64,000 nucleotides of DNA from Fidelibacterota bacterium (GTDB lineage: Bacteria; Fidelibacterota; UBA8477; JABMPR01): NCBI GenBank assembly GCA_018650445.1, contig JABIFX010000214.1, positions 2,174-66,173 on the forward strand, written 5' to 3'. Position 1 is the stretch's first letter. Every line of letters begins with the position of its first letter. A program made the translations under genes and the position numbers. Shown one piece after another: positions 29,001-36,795 of this stretch. The notes under the pieces were generated by a model. The model made no database searches, was not told where the DNA came from, and saw only the letters and a list, made by a program, of their open reading frames with translations.

Positions 29001-29195
29001 GGAGGTAATATCGTCATAAATGTCATCTGCCACAAACAAAGCCTCATTGGCCGTCCACTCAGTCCCCTGATGATAGTGAACGATGAAGTGTTTACCCTCA
29101 ATGGTCTTCCATTCCAATTCAGGATGGTTGAATCCCTGGGCTATGAGAACACTTCCGGTGCTGATTAGAAATATTATGGTTTTCAGGGTGTTCAT
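26070..29195 (-). CDS. 1041-aa outer-membrane protein: HExxH metallopeptidase-like domain + TolB-like (PD40) beta-propeller + Omp85-like C-terminal barrel
   Basis: Signal peptide followed by VITHEFTHIIS (intact HExxH). PD40-type repeats DWSPDAAHLVYA, DWSPQGDKIAFV and RWSPRGDQVIFD. The C-terminus has GGGMPGLKGYPFYSMKGSRRIISTTTMRFPLF...GFHGQLGGVW and ends KVLFGFD, as in Omp85/BamA barrels. Confidence 0.65.
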   Translation of the reverse strand: MNTLKTIIFLISTGSVLIAQGFNHPELEWKTIEGKHFIVHYHQGTEWTANEALFVADDIYDDITSLYQYAPEEKTQLIIRDTDDYANGGAYYFDNKIEIWAMPLDYNLRGSHYWLRDVITHEFTHIISLRASRKMHGNVPAAYLQVISYEPERREDVLYGYPNGIASYPIPSVSVPMWWAEGIAQFQSDTSRWDWWDSIRDMILRDRIKYDNVLTLNEMDAFGKVGIGNESVYDHGFGLVNYIGHEYGQDIIQRITDRISGPLNYGFYKALEAETGLPANRLWSNWVTSLADRHTLSYQEGEPISPIHFVQREGDANHYPRFNSTGDKMAYISSAGETYLSRTALFIKDSSDKAEKLLPGVEGFDWSPDAAHLVYARKEYYDGGTPETRTLNHSSHGLNEFVSTNSVSTCEKCQLVISGSRFSDLFIIHPDSLKEERQITFGERVKNPDWSPQGDKIAFVNLRDGTNNLCFAFPEYPDSIQQLTYFEPGTQVYGPRWSPRGDQVIFDYTSGSNRDIAIYDLANQTVQPLLTAVWDERNPVFKDDSTIYYSDDRTGIFNIYEHNLRDTSNYRVTNVIGGAFQAEWHNNELYYSLYDSLGFNIAVLDESELIHVETGPVSASLDRIIEPTWSRHEHDLIAEEYTFRAGPLFLLPRLQIEMDQSKNDILVKPGLYFFSDEIISNYSMIGGFGLAPNLDMDLFLSAKYKGFLPTLTFEFYQMVRHTNEELLYYSGVYPAESDLTFSLSQGVLSADIRVPPIHALKIDISASNYRTAIGLHTVGPANLPAGGISYDYFKGWDWGIKWDMSRINIRQERGINPSGYKASLSIRDNHHNFLDHYGYDESTERWGNIFGNYRYTKLNASAFYGYLLPMPGNIVLSNTTELNLIDNNAIDDFFWEFGGGMPGLKGYPFYSMKGSRRIISTTTMRFPLFRDNYSRVAHLTVRDLYIGFHGQLGGVWSADPEFVTPNDFSAWMTHEKDQISIVRDVGVDLRLSLNSYYAFPTAFEFGAYYGLDDVDSETSSGDVIRYGKEWRYYWKVLFGFD

Positions 29196-31999
29196 CGAAT
29201 AACGGCGATCTTGATTATCTCTGATGAACTGCCGGCAACAATTTGTGCGAGGTAAACACCATTAGACACGTCTGAGGCATCCCAGAGCCATTCATTAAAG
29301 CTATTCGGTTGAAGTACATCCTGTTCAATATGGGCAACTTGTGCCCCATTCATGGAGAATATCTCAATGCTCCAGGTCTCCACGTCCCCGAGCCAGGCAC
29401 GGATGGTGGTAGTGCTGCCCTTTATGGGATTCGGATAATTATAAACAGATTTGGATTGGATTGCGGGCAGTGGCACAGGGGTAACAACGGGTGTCAATAC
29501 GACTCGATCACCTGCTCTATTACCCTGTGGATCGGACCAGAAGGCCATGGTCTCAGTTGTTTGATCATATTCAAAGTAAAGCAGCTCCTGGCCACTGAGA
29601 ATCAGACTCAGGCCATTTGAAGCGCTGAGGTAGTTATCAATACTGGTGGATACTTCTGGCAAGACACCTCTATCCAACAAACCTCCGTTATAGTCGAATA
29701 TAGAATACCCATTGGTGTGCCGTAAAAAGATACTGGGCTGACCATCTATGGTTGAACCAACAATTGGATTGCCAACATAGGGTTCAACGTGGAAAGGATT
29801 ACCATTATATGCAATCCCGGTTTGATTGATAATCTTAATTGAATTTTCATAAAGTAGAGCGATCTCATAATATCCATCCAAATCTGCATCGAAAGGAATA
29901 ATGTGCAGTGGTTTATCACTGCTGATGTAGTCAACTTCATCAGAAGGAAGATGAGATATCATTAAAGCATTTTCACCATTGGACCATGAGATTACATCCA
30001 CTTCTTCAGGTAAGCCTGTAAAGACGCCAGCAGGATCACGGTATGGTGTAACCCCAACAGGAGTTGGGTCCCCAGTAATACTTGAGTAGAAGGGCTGAAT
30101 GCCCGAAGTTGTCTGAAATCTGGCTACAGGTGGTCCAGGAAGTTGTTCACTTATGAATTGTCCCTGCTGTTCGAACCATTTCACGAGATAGTAGGACCCA
30201 TTGTCCTCAGAAAAATATGAAAGGGTTAGTAGTGGATTATTTCCGCCAATTATCTCAAAAGGGTTGCTTTTGGTCGGGTGAGAATGGAAGACACCACTCT
30301 CAATATCAATAAATCTGGATCCAATATCCATATTTGGAAATACCCATGGATACCTGAATTGAAAAGTACTGTCACTGCTTGTGTGAAGGATATCAGCTGG
30401 CGTCACAATGAGATTTGGAGTATGGGATAGACGCCCTTCAGCAAAGACCGTCTCAATGATCTGAGATGAGTCGGTATTGAAGGCCCAGAGTGAGTTTGAG
30501 GCTGCACCCCACCCAATATAGCTTGAGATAAAATCCGTATCAGCCAATCTATCCGATGAGACTGTAAAGCTCATAGTTGTACCATTTTTAGAAATATTCT
30601 CAATATTAAGGTGACTGGGAGCTCCTGAATTGGAAGTGGTTGCTGGGAAAGTCGCTGAATTGAAGCTGAGAAGACTATCTCCGATCACATCTTCGTAACG
30701 GTTGATATGAAACCAGCCTTCATTACCAGCAAACCAAGGATCAAACCACCACCCAGTTTCCAGATAGCCAGCAAAAAGCAACTGCGTGTCATGTCCCATA
30801 TCCTGGGCACCATCAGCTTCGACGAAATCCACCAGCTGTATTGGTCCCCCATTTGGATTGTCTGCTGTGAATCTTGCATTCTCATCGATGTGCCAGATAT
30901 TGAGTCCATTACCTGGTAACCCAGCATGCTGCTCGTCAACATTAAGAACAACTCCAGCGGTGCTTAAAACTACAGATACCGTATCAAACCCCGCCTCATC
31001 GATCCAAAGGGGCATGCTGCTAGGATGCAGTATATTTCTCTGGCGATTCTCTATGAGATAATATTCAGTGACACTGATTGAAATTTTAACAGGAGGATCA
31101 TCGACATGAATCGAGACCGAATCCCCTATGTGCATCTCGTTGGCTGTTACCCAGCCCTTTTCAATGCGTGTATAAGGATCTGGATAGGCCGGGACAACGC
31201 CGTGAAAATTATTTGAACCCTGGTCCATGAGGGCAAAACCACCCACAAGGGACACACCTGTCTCGGTATTATAGAGTGGTGGTAGATCAAGATGAAAGCC
31301 CAGCATAAGCGCCAGTGTCCCATTTAGTCCTACCTGATAAAAACAGGGATCCTCCGCATCCTCAAAGAGGCTACGAGTTTCTTTATACTGAAGAAAGTTT
31401 TGTGATTCCGGGATAATAATTAGATCAGTAAGATTCCCTTCATCAGTTACAAGATTTCGATATTCTGCAAAATCCGTTTGGGAAAGATATGCTGACGGAA
31501 TGTTTCCTGGTGTGGGATCAAGGGCAAATGCGAAATCCCCACCCATGCCGGCATGTGCAATAATGATAGTGGTATATTCATCAAAATTGATGTCAGGATC
31601 TGCAAGCACGATAACATCTTCACTCAACTCAAAAAGTTTCTCGGTTTCATCATATTCTTGTAAATAGGGATGATAATAGAGCATGTCATGAGGCAATTGA
31701 TAGACATCATCATCGTTTAGAGGAAATACATCTGAATCAGCAAAATTCACATGAACTGCACCGCTACTCACCCGTTGCCAGTAGTTGTCCATTGCTGTGA
31801 GGTGATCCTGAAAATAGGACCGACCATGAGGAGGTGGATCAAGAGACCAATCACTACAATCGAGATCAACCGTATCCTCCAGGACAAAACTGCCATCTCC
31901 AGTTGTTGCCGGTGAGGAGTCTGGTTGAAAAGCGACTCGCAGAACAGCGACCTTTAACTCTTGACCTGAAAGGGTGAGGACTGACAGAATAGTCAGCAA
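29192..31999 (-). CDS. T9SS-sorted M6 (immune inhibitor A)-like protein with degenerate zinc site
   Basis: IIAHAGMGGDFA parallels M6 HAGxGQE. GTLALMLGFHLDLPPLYNT parallels GVFAHEYGHDLGLPDEYDT with both His and the Glu of HExxH replaced. The C-terminal 85 aa (YNYPNPIKGSTTTIRAW...NGVYLAQIV...IKIAVIR) is a type-A T9SS sorting domain. The TTG start gives a short uncharged signal peptide, so the start is uncertain. Confidence 0.6.
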   Translation of the reverse strand: MLTILSVLTLSGQELKVAVLRVAFQPDSSPATTGDGSFVLEDTVDLDCSDWSLDPPPHGRSYFQDHLTAMDNYWQRVSSGAVHVNFADSDVFPLNDDDVYQLPHDMLYYHPYLQEYDETEKLFELSEDVIVLADPDINFDEYTTIIIAHAGMGGDFAFALDPTPGNIPSAYLSQTDFAEYRNLVTDEGNLTDLIIIPESQNFLQYKETRSLFEDAEDPCFYQVGLNGTLALMLGFHLDLPPLYNTETGVSLVGGFALMDQGSNNFHGVVPAYPDPYTRIEKGWVTANEMHIGDSVSIHVDDPPVKISISVTEYYLIENRQRNILHPSSMPLWIDEAGFDTVSVVLSTAGVVLNVDEQHAGLPGNGLNIWHIDENARFTADNPNGGPIQLVDFVEADGAQDMGHDTQLLFAGYLETGWWFDPWFAGNEGWFHINRYEDVIGDSLLSFNSATFPATTSNSGAPSHLNIENISKNGTTMSFTVSSDRLADTDFISSYIGWGAASNSLWAFNTDSSQIIETVFAEGRLSHTPNLIVTPADILHTSSDSTFQFRYPWVFPNMDIGSRFIDIESGVFHSHPTKSNPFEIIGGNNPLLTLSYFSEDNGSYYLVKWFEQQGQFISEQLPGPPVARFQTTSGIQPFYSSITGDPTPVGVTPYRDPAGVFTGLPEEVDVISWSNGENALMISHLPSDEVDYISSDKPLHIIPFDADLDGYYEIALLYENSIKIINQTGIAYNGNPFHVEPYVGNPIVGSTIDGQPSIFLRHTNGYSIFDYNGGLLDRGVLPEVSTSIDNYLSASNGLSLILSGQELLYFEYDQTTETMAFWSDPQGNRAGDRVVLTPVVTPVPLPAIQSKSVYNYPNPIKGSTTTIRAWLGDVETWSIEIFSMNGAQVAHIEQDVLQPNSFNEWLWDASDVSNGVYLAQIVAGSSSEIIKIAVIR

Positions 32000-32087
32000 T
32001 ATTCTTACTATGAATTGATTGATATTATCCCCGCTAGTTATTGAGGGTAAAAATTAAAGATCGACGATCAGATTAATCCGATCAACC

Positions 32088-33353
32088 TTAAAATTTTAAC
32101 ATCAGCGAGAATCGCATGGTGTTGTTCAGAGGGTGTGTTTCCTCTGCCACAGTATATCCGAAATCAAAACCGTAGTTTCCATAACGCAAACCAGCCCCTA
32201 CCGTTGGTGTGGTAATCTTGCCTTCAGAATCGTAGTAGTAACCACCACGGATAGCAAACATCTCATTGTACCAGTATTCGAGACCAACACTATGGATAAG
32301 CGATTTAAATTCATCAGATGCACTTCTATCATCGCTATTGCCTACTTCGAGTACTCCCTTTGAATTATAGAGTCCTCCAGCAGTAGCTGAAGTATCAGCA
32401 CCGTAGCCACCAATAATTCTATCACTATCTAAATCACGGTCACCACCAAGATACCAATCATCCAGGAATGAGGTAAAAAGACCTTTCCACCATGAATCAG
32501 TGTGGGCAAGCTCATTCTGCCCATCCTTATTGAAATTACCTGATTGATTCTCAGAGCCATCATCATTATAACCACCAATTATAAGATCACCATCCCAATC
32601 CATGGAGGCATACTCTCCCACCAGCAATTTATTTACATCATATACAACATTTAGTCGATTAAATTTTGATTCATATACACGCATATTGAAGCCAAGTTTC
32701 AAATTCGTCGGTAAAGGATCGGCTTGCTCTTCATCATTGAAAATGACTTTGGGACCCAAGTTTGCCACCATAGCACCAATATCCAGTTTGCCCCCCAAAT
32801 AGCCTTTACTCAGATACCCAACATCAAAACCAAAATTAGTTGCTGTTCCCTTCGTATCTTCAGTACCAACCTTTTTATCAGTTAGATGCTGATATAATAT
32901 TTTAAAGTTAAAGCCAACACTTGAATTCTCAGAAATCATGGTGGCATAACTTATTGCGCCAGAAGAAAAGTAGGTCAGGAAGGTTCCAAGTGAGGTTCCG
33001 TTTGCATCAGTATACTGCTGTTCACCAGCATTCAGGTAGATGATATGTCCTCCAAAAACGCCGAGACCTTCCACTGGTGCGCGACCGGCCAGAAAGTCAT
33101 AGTACATGTCATCTACAAGCCCGGGAAGCCAATTTACGTGCATTCCTGAAACTTCATAACCACTTTGGAATCCTAGTCCTGCTGGATTCCAATAGGTTGC
33201 GTAGGAGTCATCTGCAAGAGCAACTTGTGCTTCACCCATACCACCAGCCCGTGCACCGGGTGCAATCAGCAGAAATAAGGCACTCTGTGAGAATGCGACA
33301 GATAAAAGCATCAAACTTCCGATGGTGAGATTAATAATTTTATTCATTTTCAT
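32088..33353 (-). CDS. porV: PorV/PorQ-family (FadL-like) outer-membrane barrel, PorV candidate
   Basis: Signal peptide MKMNKIINLTIGSLMLLSVAFSQ, with GAGGAG RBS 9 nt upstream of ATG 33353. LLIAPGARAGGMGEAQVALADDSYATYWNPAGL is the family N-terminal motif. The protein ends in F. Confidence 0.6.
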   Translation of the reverse strand: MKMNKIINLTIGSLMLLSVAFSQSALFLLIAPGARAGGMGEAQVALADDSYATYWNPAGLGFQSGYEVSGMHVNWLPGLVDDMYYDFLAGRAPVEGLGVFGGHIIYLNAGEQQYTDANGTSLGTFLTYFSSGAISYATMISENSSVGFNFKILYQHLTDKKVGTEDTKGTATNFGFDVGYLSKGYLGGKLDIGAMVANLGPKVIFNDEEQADPLPTNLKLGFNMRVYESKFNRLNVVYDVNKLLVGEYASMDWDGDLIIGGYNDDGSENQSGNFNKDGQNELAHTDSWWKGLFTSFLDDWYLGGDRDLDSDRIIGGYGADTSATAGGLYNSKGVLEVGNSDDRSASDEFKSLIHSVGLEYWYNEMFAIRGGYYYDSEGKITTPTVGAGLRYGNYGFDFGYTVAEETHPLNNTMRFSLMLKF

Positions 33354-33374
33354 TGTAACTAACTCCTCATTCAT

Positions 33375-33406
33375 AAAAAAACCGAATATTACTAATAACA
33401 TTCGGT
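33375..33406 (-). terminator. Strong rho-independent terminator inside the porV leader
   Basis: The minus-strand RNA reads ACCGAAUGUUA-UUAG-UAAUAUUCGGU-UUUUUU. It forms an 11-bp stem (one G:U that would be an A:C mismatch on the other strand) with a 4-nt loop. The T-run ends about 22 nt before the porV ATG. Confidence 0.7.
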
Positions 33407-33539
33407 ATCAACTTTAAAAAAGATGAACGCCAGGTTCGTATTTTGTTTTCGGCGGATTCTCATTAAAAAATCCCAGTAACATTTTCTCTCTTAAAGTTCT
33501 CCTCTATTAAAGCGGGCGAATATAGGTTTACACCTTACG

Positions 33540-33803
33540 CTAATCAACGGATTTCCCTGTGTTTAAGCCCTCAAGTGATATGGATAACCCTGGAATAAGC
33601 TGTGGGATACCCTGAAGAATGACATAGGCAATGTCCTGATTTTTGTTGACCAGCAAATCTGCTAATTTCCCTTGTAGAAGCTCACCATTCCCCTTAAAAA
33701 CCTGTCCACTTTCAACCCAACTATTAATAGCATTTAAAAGGGTATCGCTGACTGGCTCGAGCGCAGTTTTGGAAATGGGGCAATACAAGCGGTGTAGATT
33801 CAA
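33540..33803 (-). CDS. Trm112/UPF0434-like small protein lacking the zinc cysteines (tentative)
   Basis: LHRLYCPISKTAL...IAYVILQGIPQLIPG parallels YcaR LLEIIACPVCNGKL...AFPLRDGIPVLL. Only one Cys is retained and there is an internal insertion. Confidence 0.45.
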   Translation of the reverse strand: MNLHRLYCPISKTALEPVSDTLLNAINSWVESGQVFKGNGELLQGKLADLLVNKNQDIAYVILQGIPQLIPGLSISLEGLNTGKSVD

Positions 33804-33807
33804 ATTA

Positions 33808-34557
33808 TTACCTAAAGTTTATATCTGTTTCTTCTTTATAGCCACTGATAAAATCCTGCACAGATTTTAATTCAGACTTTCTCATTTCTTCGACGCTACC
33901 AACAAAGGAAAAGTTCCCCTGATCCAGTAAAACAATTTTATCTGCCAGAAAAAAGCCAGTGGGTATGTCGTGTGTCACAATAATACTGGTCACACTTAGA
34001 TCATGCTGCATTTCTTTAATCAACAATGCAATCTGCGCACTGGTGACTGGGTCCAGACCAGTTGTAGGTTCGTCATATAAAATATATTTTGGTTCCATGG
34101 CTATTACACGAGCCAAACCGACACGTTTGCGCATACCCCCGCTCAATTGTGCTGGGAATTTCTGACCGACATCTTCCAGACTAACACGTTCAAGGCTTTC
34201 CTGGACTTTGGACTGAATCTCTGAATCTGAGTATCGGTTTTTGGCTTTTAACCCAATACCAACATTGTCACAGATATTTAAACTATCAAATAAAGCAGCT
34301 GACTGGAACAGCATACCAAATTTCAAGCGACATTTAACCAACTGTTTTGAATTAAGACTACCCAGATCTTCCCCATCAATATAAATATTTCCAGCATCAG
34401 GATAAAGAAGGCGGGTAATTAGTTTAAGAAGAACGCTTTTGCCCTGGCCACTTTTGCCCATGACGACGAGGCTCTGGCCATCATCAACTTTTATACTTGC
34501 ACCGTCAAAAACGGTAAGATCACCAAATGATTTATGAAGATTTTTAATTTCGATCAT
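33808..34557 (-). CDS. ABC transporter ATP-binding protein (MlaF-like)
   Basis: Walker A GKSGQGKS, signature LSGGMRKRVGLARV and Walker B ILYDEPTTGLD. No permease gene is adjacent. Confidence 0.8.
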   Translation of the reverse strand: MIEIKNLHKSFGDLTVFDGASIKVDDGQSLVVMGKSGQGKSVLLKLITRLLYPDAGNIYIDGEDLGSLNSKQLVKCRLKFGMLFQSAALFDSLNICDNVGIGLKAKNRYSDSEIQSKVQESLERVSLEDVGQKFPAQLSGGMRKRVGLARVIAMEPKYILYDEPTTGLDPVTSAQIALLIKEMQHDLSVTSIIVTHDIPTGFFLADKIVLLDQGNFSFVGSVEEMRKSELKSVQDFISGYKEETDINFR

Positions 34558-34593
34558 GTCGATACATTTCTGAATCAGATCGTTTTCATGGTT

Positions 34594-35037
34594 CTAGATG
34601 TCGTCCAGTTCCGCTCTGAACTCTTTAACATCCTCGAATTTCCGATACACACTGGCGAAGCGGACATAGGCAATTTCATCAAGATCTTTGAGATGCTTCA
34701 TCACCAGTTCACCAACATCCTTGGCATGCACTTCAGAAGATCCGAAAGTATTTACATCCTGAATTACCAGATCGACTGTCTGACTCATCTGGGCACTATT
34801 CACAGGACGTTTACTACAGGCAATGGCAATACTTTTAAGAATCTTTTCCCTGTCAAAAGGCTCACGACGTTGATTGCTCTTAATGACCAGCAGTGGTTGG
34901 GTCTCGACATACTCATAGGTCGTAAATCGATAGGAACAGCTACCACACTCCCTACGGCGTCGAATTGCTCGACCATCCTGGGTATGACGAGAATCAATAA
35001 CTCGAGTATCATCCTGTTGACATTGGGGGCAATTCAT
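34594..35037 (-). CDS. nrdR: Transcriptional repressor NrdR
   Basis: MNCPQCQQDDTRVIDSRHTQDGRAIRRRRECGSCSYRFTTYE (zinc ribbon) followed by an ATP-cone. Confidence 0.95.
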   Translation of the reverse strand: MNCPQCQQDDTRVIDSRHTQDGRAIRRRRECGSCSYRFTTYEYVETQPLLVIKSNQRREPFDREKILKSIAIACSKRPVNSAQMSQTVDLVIQDVNTFGSSEVHAKDVGELVMKHLKDLDEIAYVRFASVYRKFEDVKEFRAELDDI

Positions 35038-35042
35038 AATAC

Positions 35043-36341
35043 TTACTCTACATCCTGATAGTGTGGGAAATCTTTGACGAGTTCTCGTACCTTGGAGCGG
35101 ACTGATTGGTTGACACCCTCATTGTCGGGGTCAGCAATGACATCGTTGATGTATCCTGCTATTAACTTCATCTCATTCTCCTTAAAACCACGGGTGGTTA
35201 AAGCAGCAGTTCCAATACGAATTCCACTTGTAACAAGTGGGCTGCGTTGATCAAAGGGAACCATGTTTTTATTGGTAGTCATCCCGGCTTCTTCCAGCAG
35301 ACGCTCTGCTTTTTTGCCACTTATATTATTCGCGGTCAAATCAATAAGAAGCAAGTGGTTATCAGTACCACCTGAGATAAGTTTAAAGCCATAATCGTTA
35401 AGTGCAACGCCGAGCGCTTTGGCGTTGGAAATGACCTGTTTGGCATAGGTTTTAAAAGATGGCTTTAAAGCTTCGCCAAAGGCCACTGCTTTTGCAGCAA
35501 TAACATGCATAAGTGGACCACCTTGTATGCCTGGCATCACAGTACTATCCAGAAGCTCACTCATCATTTTAGTTCGGCCACTTTTTGGCGCAACTATCCC
35601 AAAAGTATTTTCAAAATCTTTCCCCATCATCACCAATCCACCGCGAGGTCCACGTAGGGTTTTATGTGTCGTAGATGTCACTACATGGCAATGTGGCATG
35701 GGACTAGGATGTTCTCCTGCTGCAATCAACCCAGCAGGATGGGCAACATCGGCCATGAGAAATGCCCCAACTTCATCTGCAATTTCCCTGAATAATTTAA
35801 AATCATAGTGTCTTGGATATGCCGACCCACCGGCTATGATCATTTTTGGTTGATGCTTCTTTGCTTGATCACGAACCATATCATAGTCAATATATCCGGA
35901 TTCAGCATTAACTCCATAGGCCACTATGTTGTAGAATTTACCAGAGAAATTTACATGGGATCCGTGGGTTAAATGACCACCATGAGATAAATCCATACCA
36001 AGAACAGTATCACCAGGTTTCACCAGAGTGAAGTAAACAGACATGTTTGCCTGACTACCAGAGTGCGGTTGGACATTGGCATATTCAGCGCCAAAAAGTT
36101 CCTTCACACGGTCTCTGGCAAGATTCTCAGCTGTATCTACAGCCTCACACCCACCATAGTATCGTTTCCCAGGATAACCCTCGGCATATTTGTTGGTCAT
36201 GACGCTGCCTGCAGCCTGCAGGACAGACTTGCTAACGAAATTCTCTGAAGCGATTAATTCTAAGGTATCGTTTTCGCGATCGCGCTCTGCCATGATCGCA
36301 GCATATATGGCCGGATCAAACGTTTTTAGTTCATTCAGCAT
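35043..36341 (-). CDS. glyA: Serine hydroxymethyltransferase
   Basis: LIASENFVS and the [15 protein letters not shown]-lysine motif; 432 aa. Confidence 0.95.
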   Translation of the reverse strand: MLNELKTFDPAIYAAIMAERDRENDTLELIASENFVSKSVLQAAGSVMTNKYAEGYPGKRYYGGCEAVDTAENLARDRVKELFGAEYANVQPHSGSQANMSVYFTLVKPGDTVLGMDLSHGGHLTHGSHVNFSGKFYNIVAYGVNAESGYIDYDMVRDQAKKHQPKMIIAGGSAYPRHYDFKLFREIADEVGAFLMADVAHPAGLIAAGEHPSPMPHCHVVTSTTHKTLRGPRGGLVMMGKDFENTFGIVAPKSGRTKMMSELLDSTVMPGIQGGPLMHVIAAKAVAFGEALKPSFKTYAKQVISNAKALGVALNDYGFKLISGGTDNHLLLIDLTANNISGKKAERLLEEAGMTTNKNMVPFDQRSPLVTSGIRIGTAALTTRGFKENEMKLIAGYINDVIADPDNEGVNQSVRSKVRELVKDFPHYQDVE

Positions 36342-36783
36342 CTTGACCTCGAGAATTTAATTCAATTTTATTAAGTCTTCTCGCATGTCTGTCACCCTCC
36401 CACTCTGTGGTTAACCAGAGGGAGAGAATACTTTTCATGGATTCAACAGATTGTGTTCTGGCACCCAGACAAAGCACATTTGCATCATTGTGAAGTCTAC
36501 TCAGTTCAGCGAGCTCTTCAGTGAAACAAAGTGCGGCTCGGATGCCTTGAAAGCGATTGGCTGCTATGGACATCCCTAAACCTGTACCACAAATCAAGAT
36601 TCCGCGCTCAGCTACACCAGATTGAACCTTTTGGCTTACTTTGGCAGCATAATCTGGATAGTCAACAGATTCGAGGCTGTGAGTACCTTCATCGATTATG
36701 TCATGTCCTAATGATTTGAGATATTGAACAATCTCAGTTTTTGCATCAATAGCGGCATGATCACACCCGATGACAAGTTCCAT
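36331..36783 (-). CDS. rpiB: Ribose-5-phosphate isomerase B
   Basis: LVIGCDHAA and [13 protein letters not shown] motifs; 150 aa. It overlaps the glyA start by 11 nt. Confidence 0.9.
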   Translation of the reverse strand: MELVIGCDHAAIDAKTEIVQYLKSLGHDIIDEGTHSLESVDYPDYAAKVSQKVQSGVAERGILICGTGLGMSIAANRFQGIRAALCFTEELAELSRLHNDANVLCLGARTQSVESMKSILSLWLTTEWEGDRHARRLNKIELNSRGQDAE

Positions 36784-36795
36784 AGCTGACCTATA

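Noticed and set aside
33354-33401. The upstream ATG (33401) as the porV start
   Set aside because: That ATG lies inside the terminator hairpin. It would add MLLVIFGFFMNEELVT in front of a complete signal peptide. ATG 33353 has a GAGGAG RBS.
34534-35058. 174-aa plus-strand ORF
   Set aside because: It is entirely antisense to nrdR and the end of the ABC ATPase gene, both of which have unmistakable motifs.
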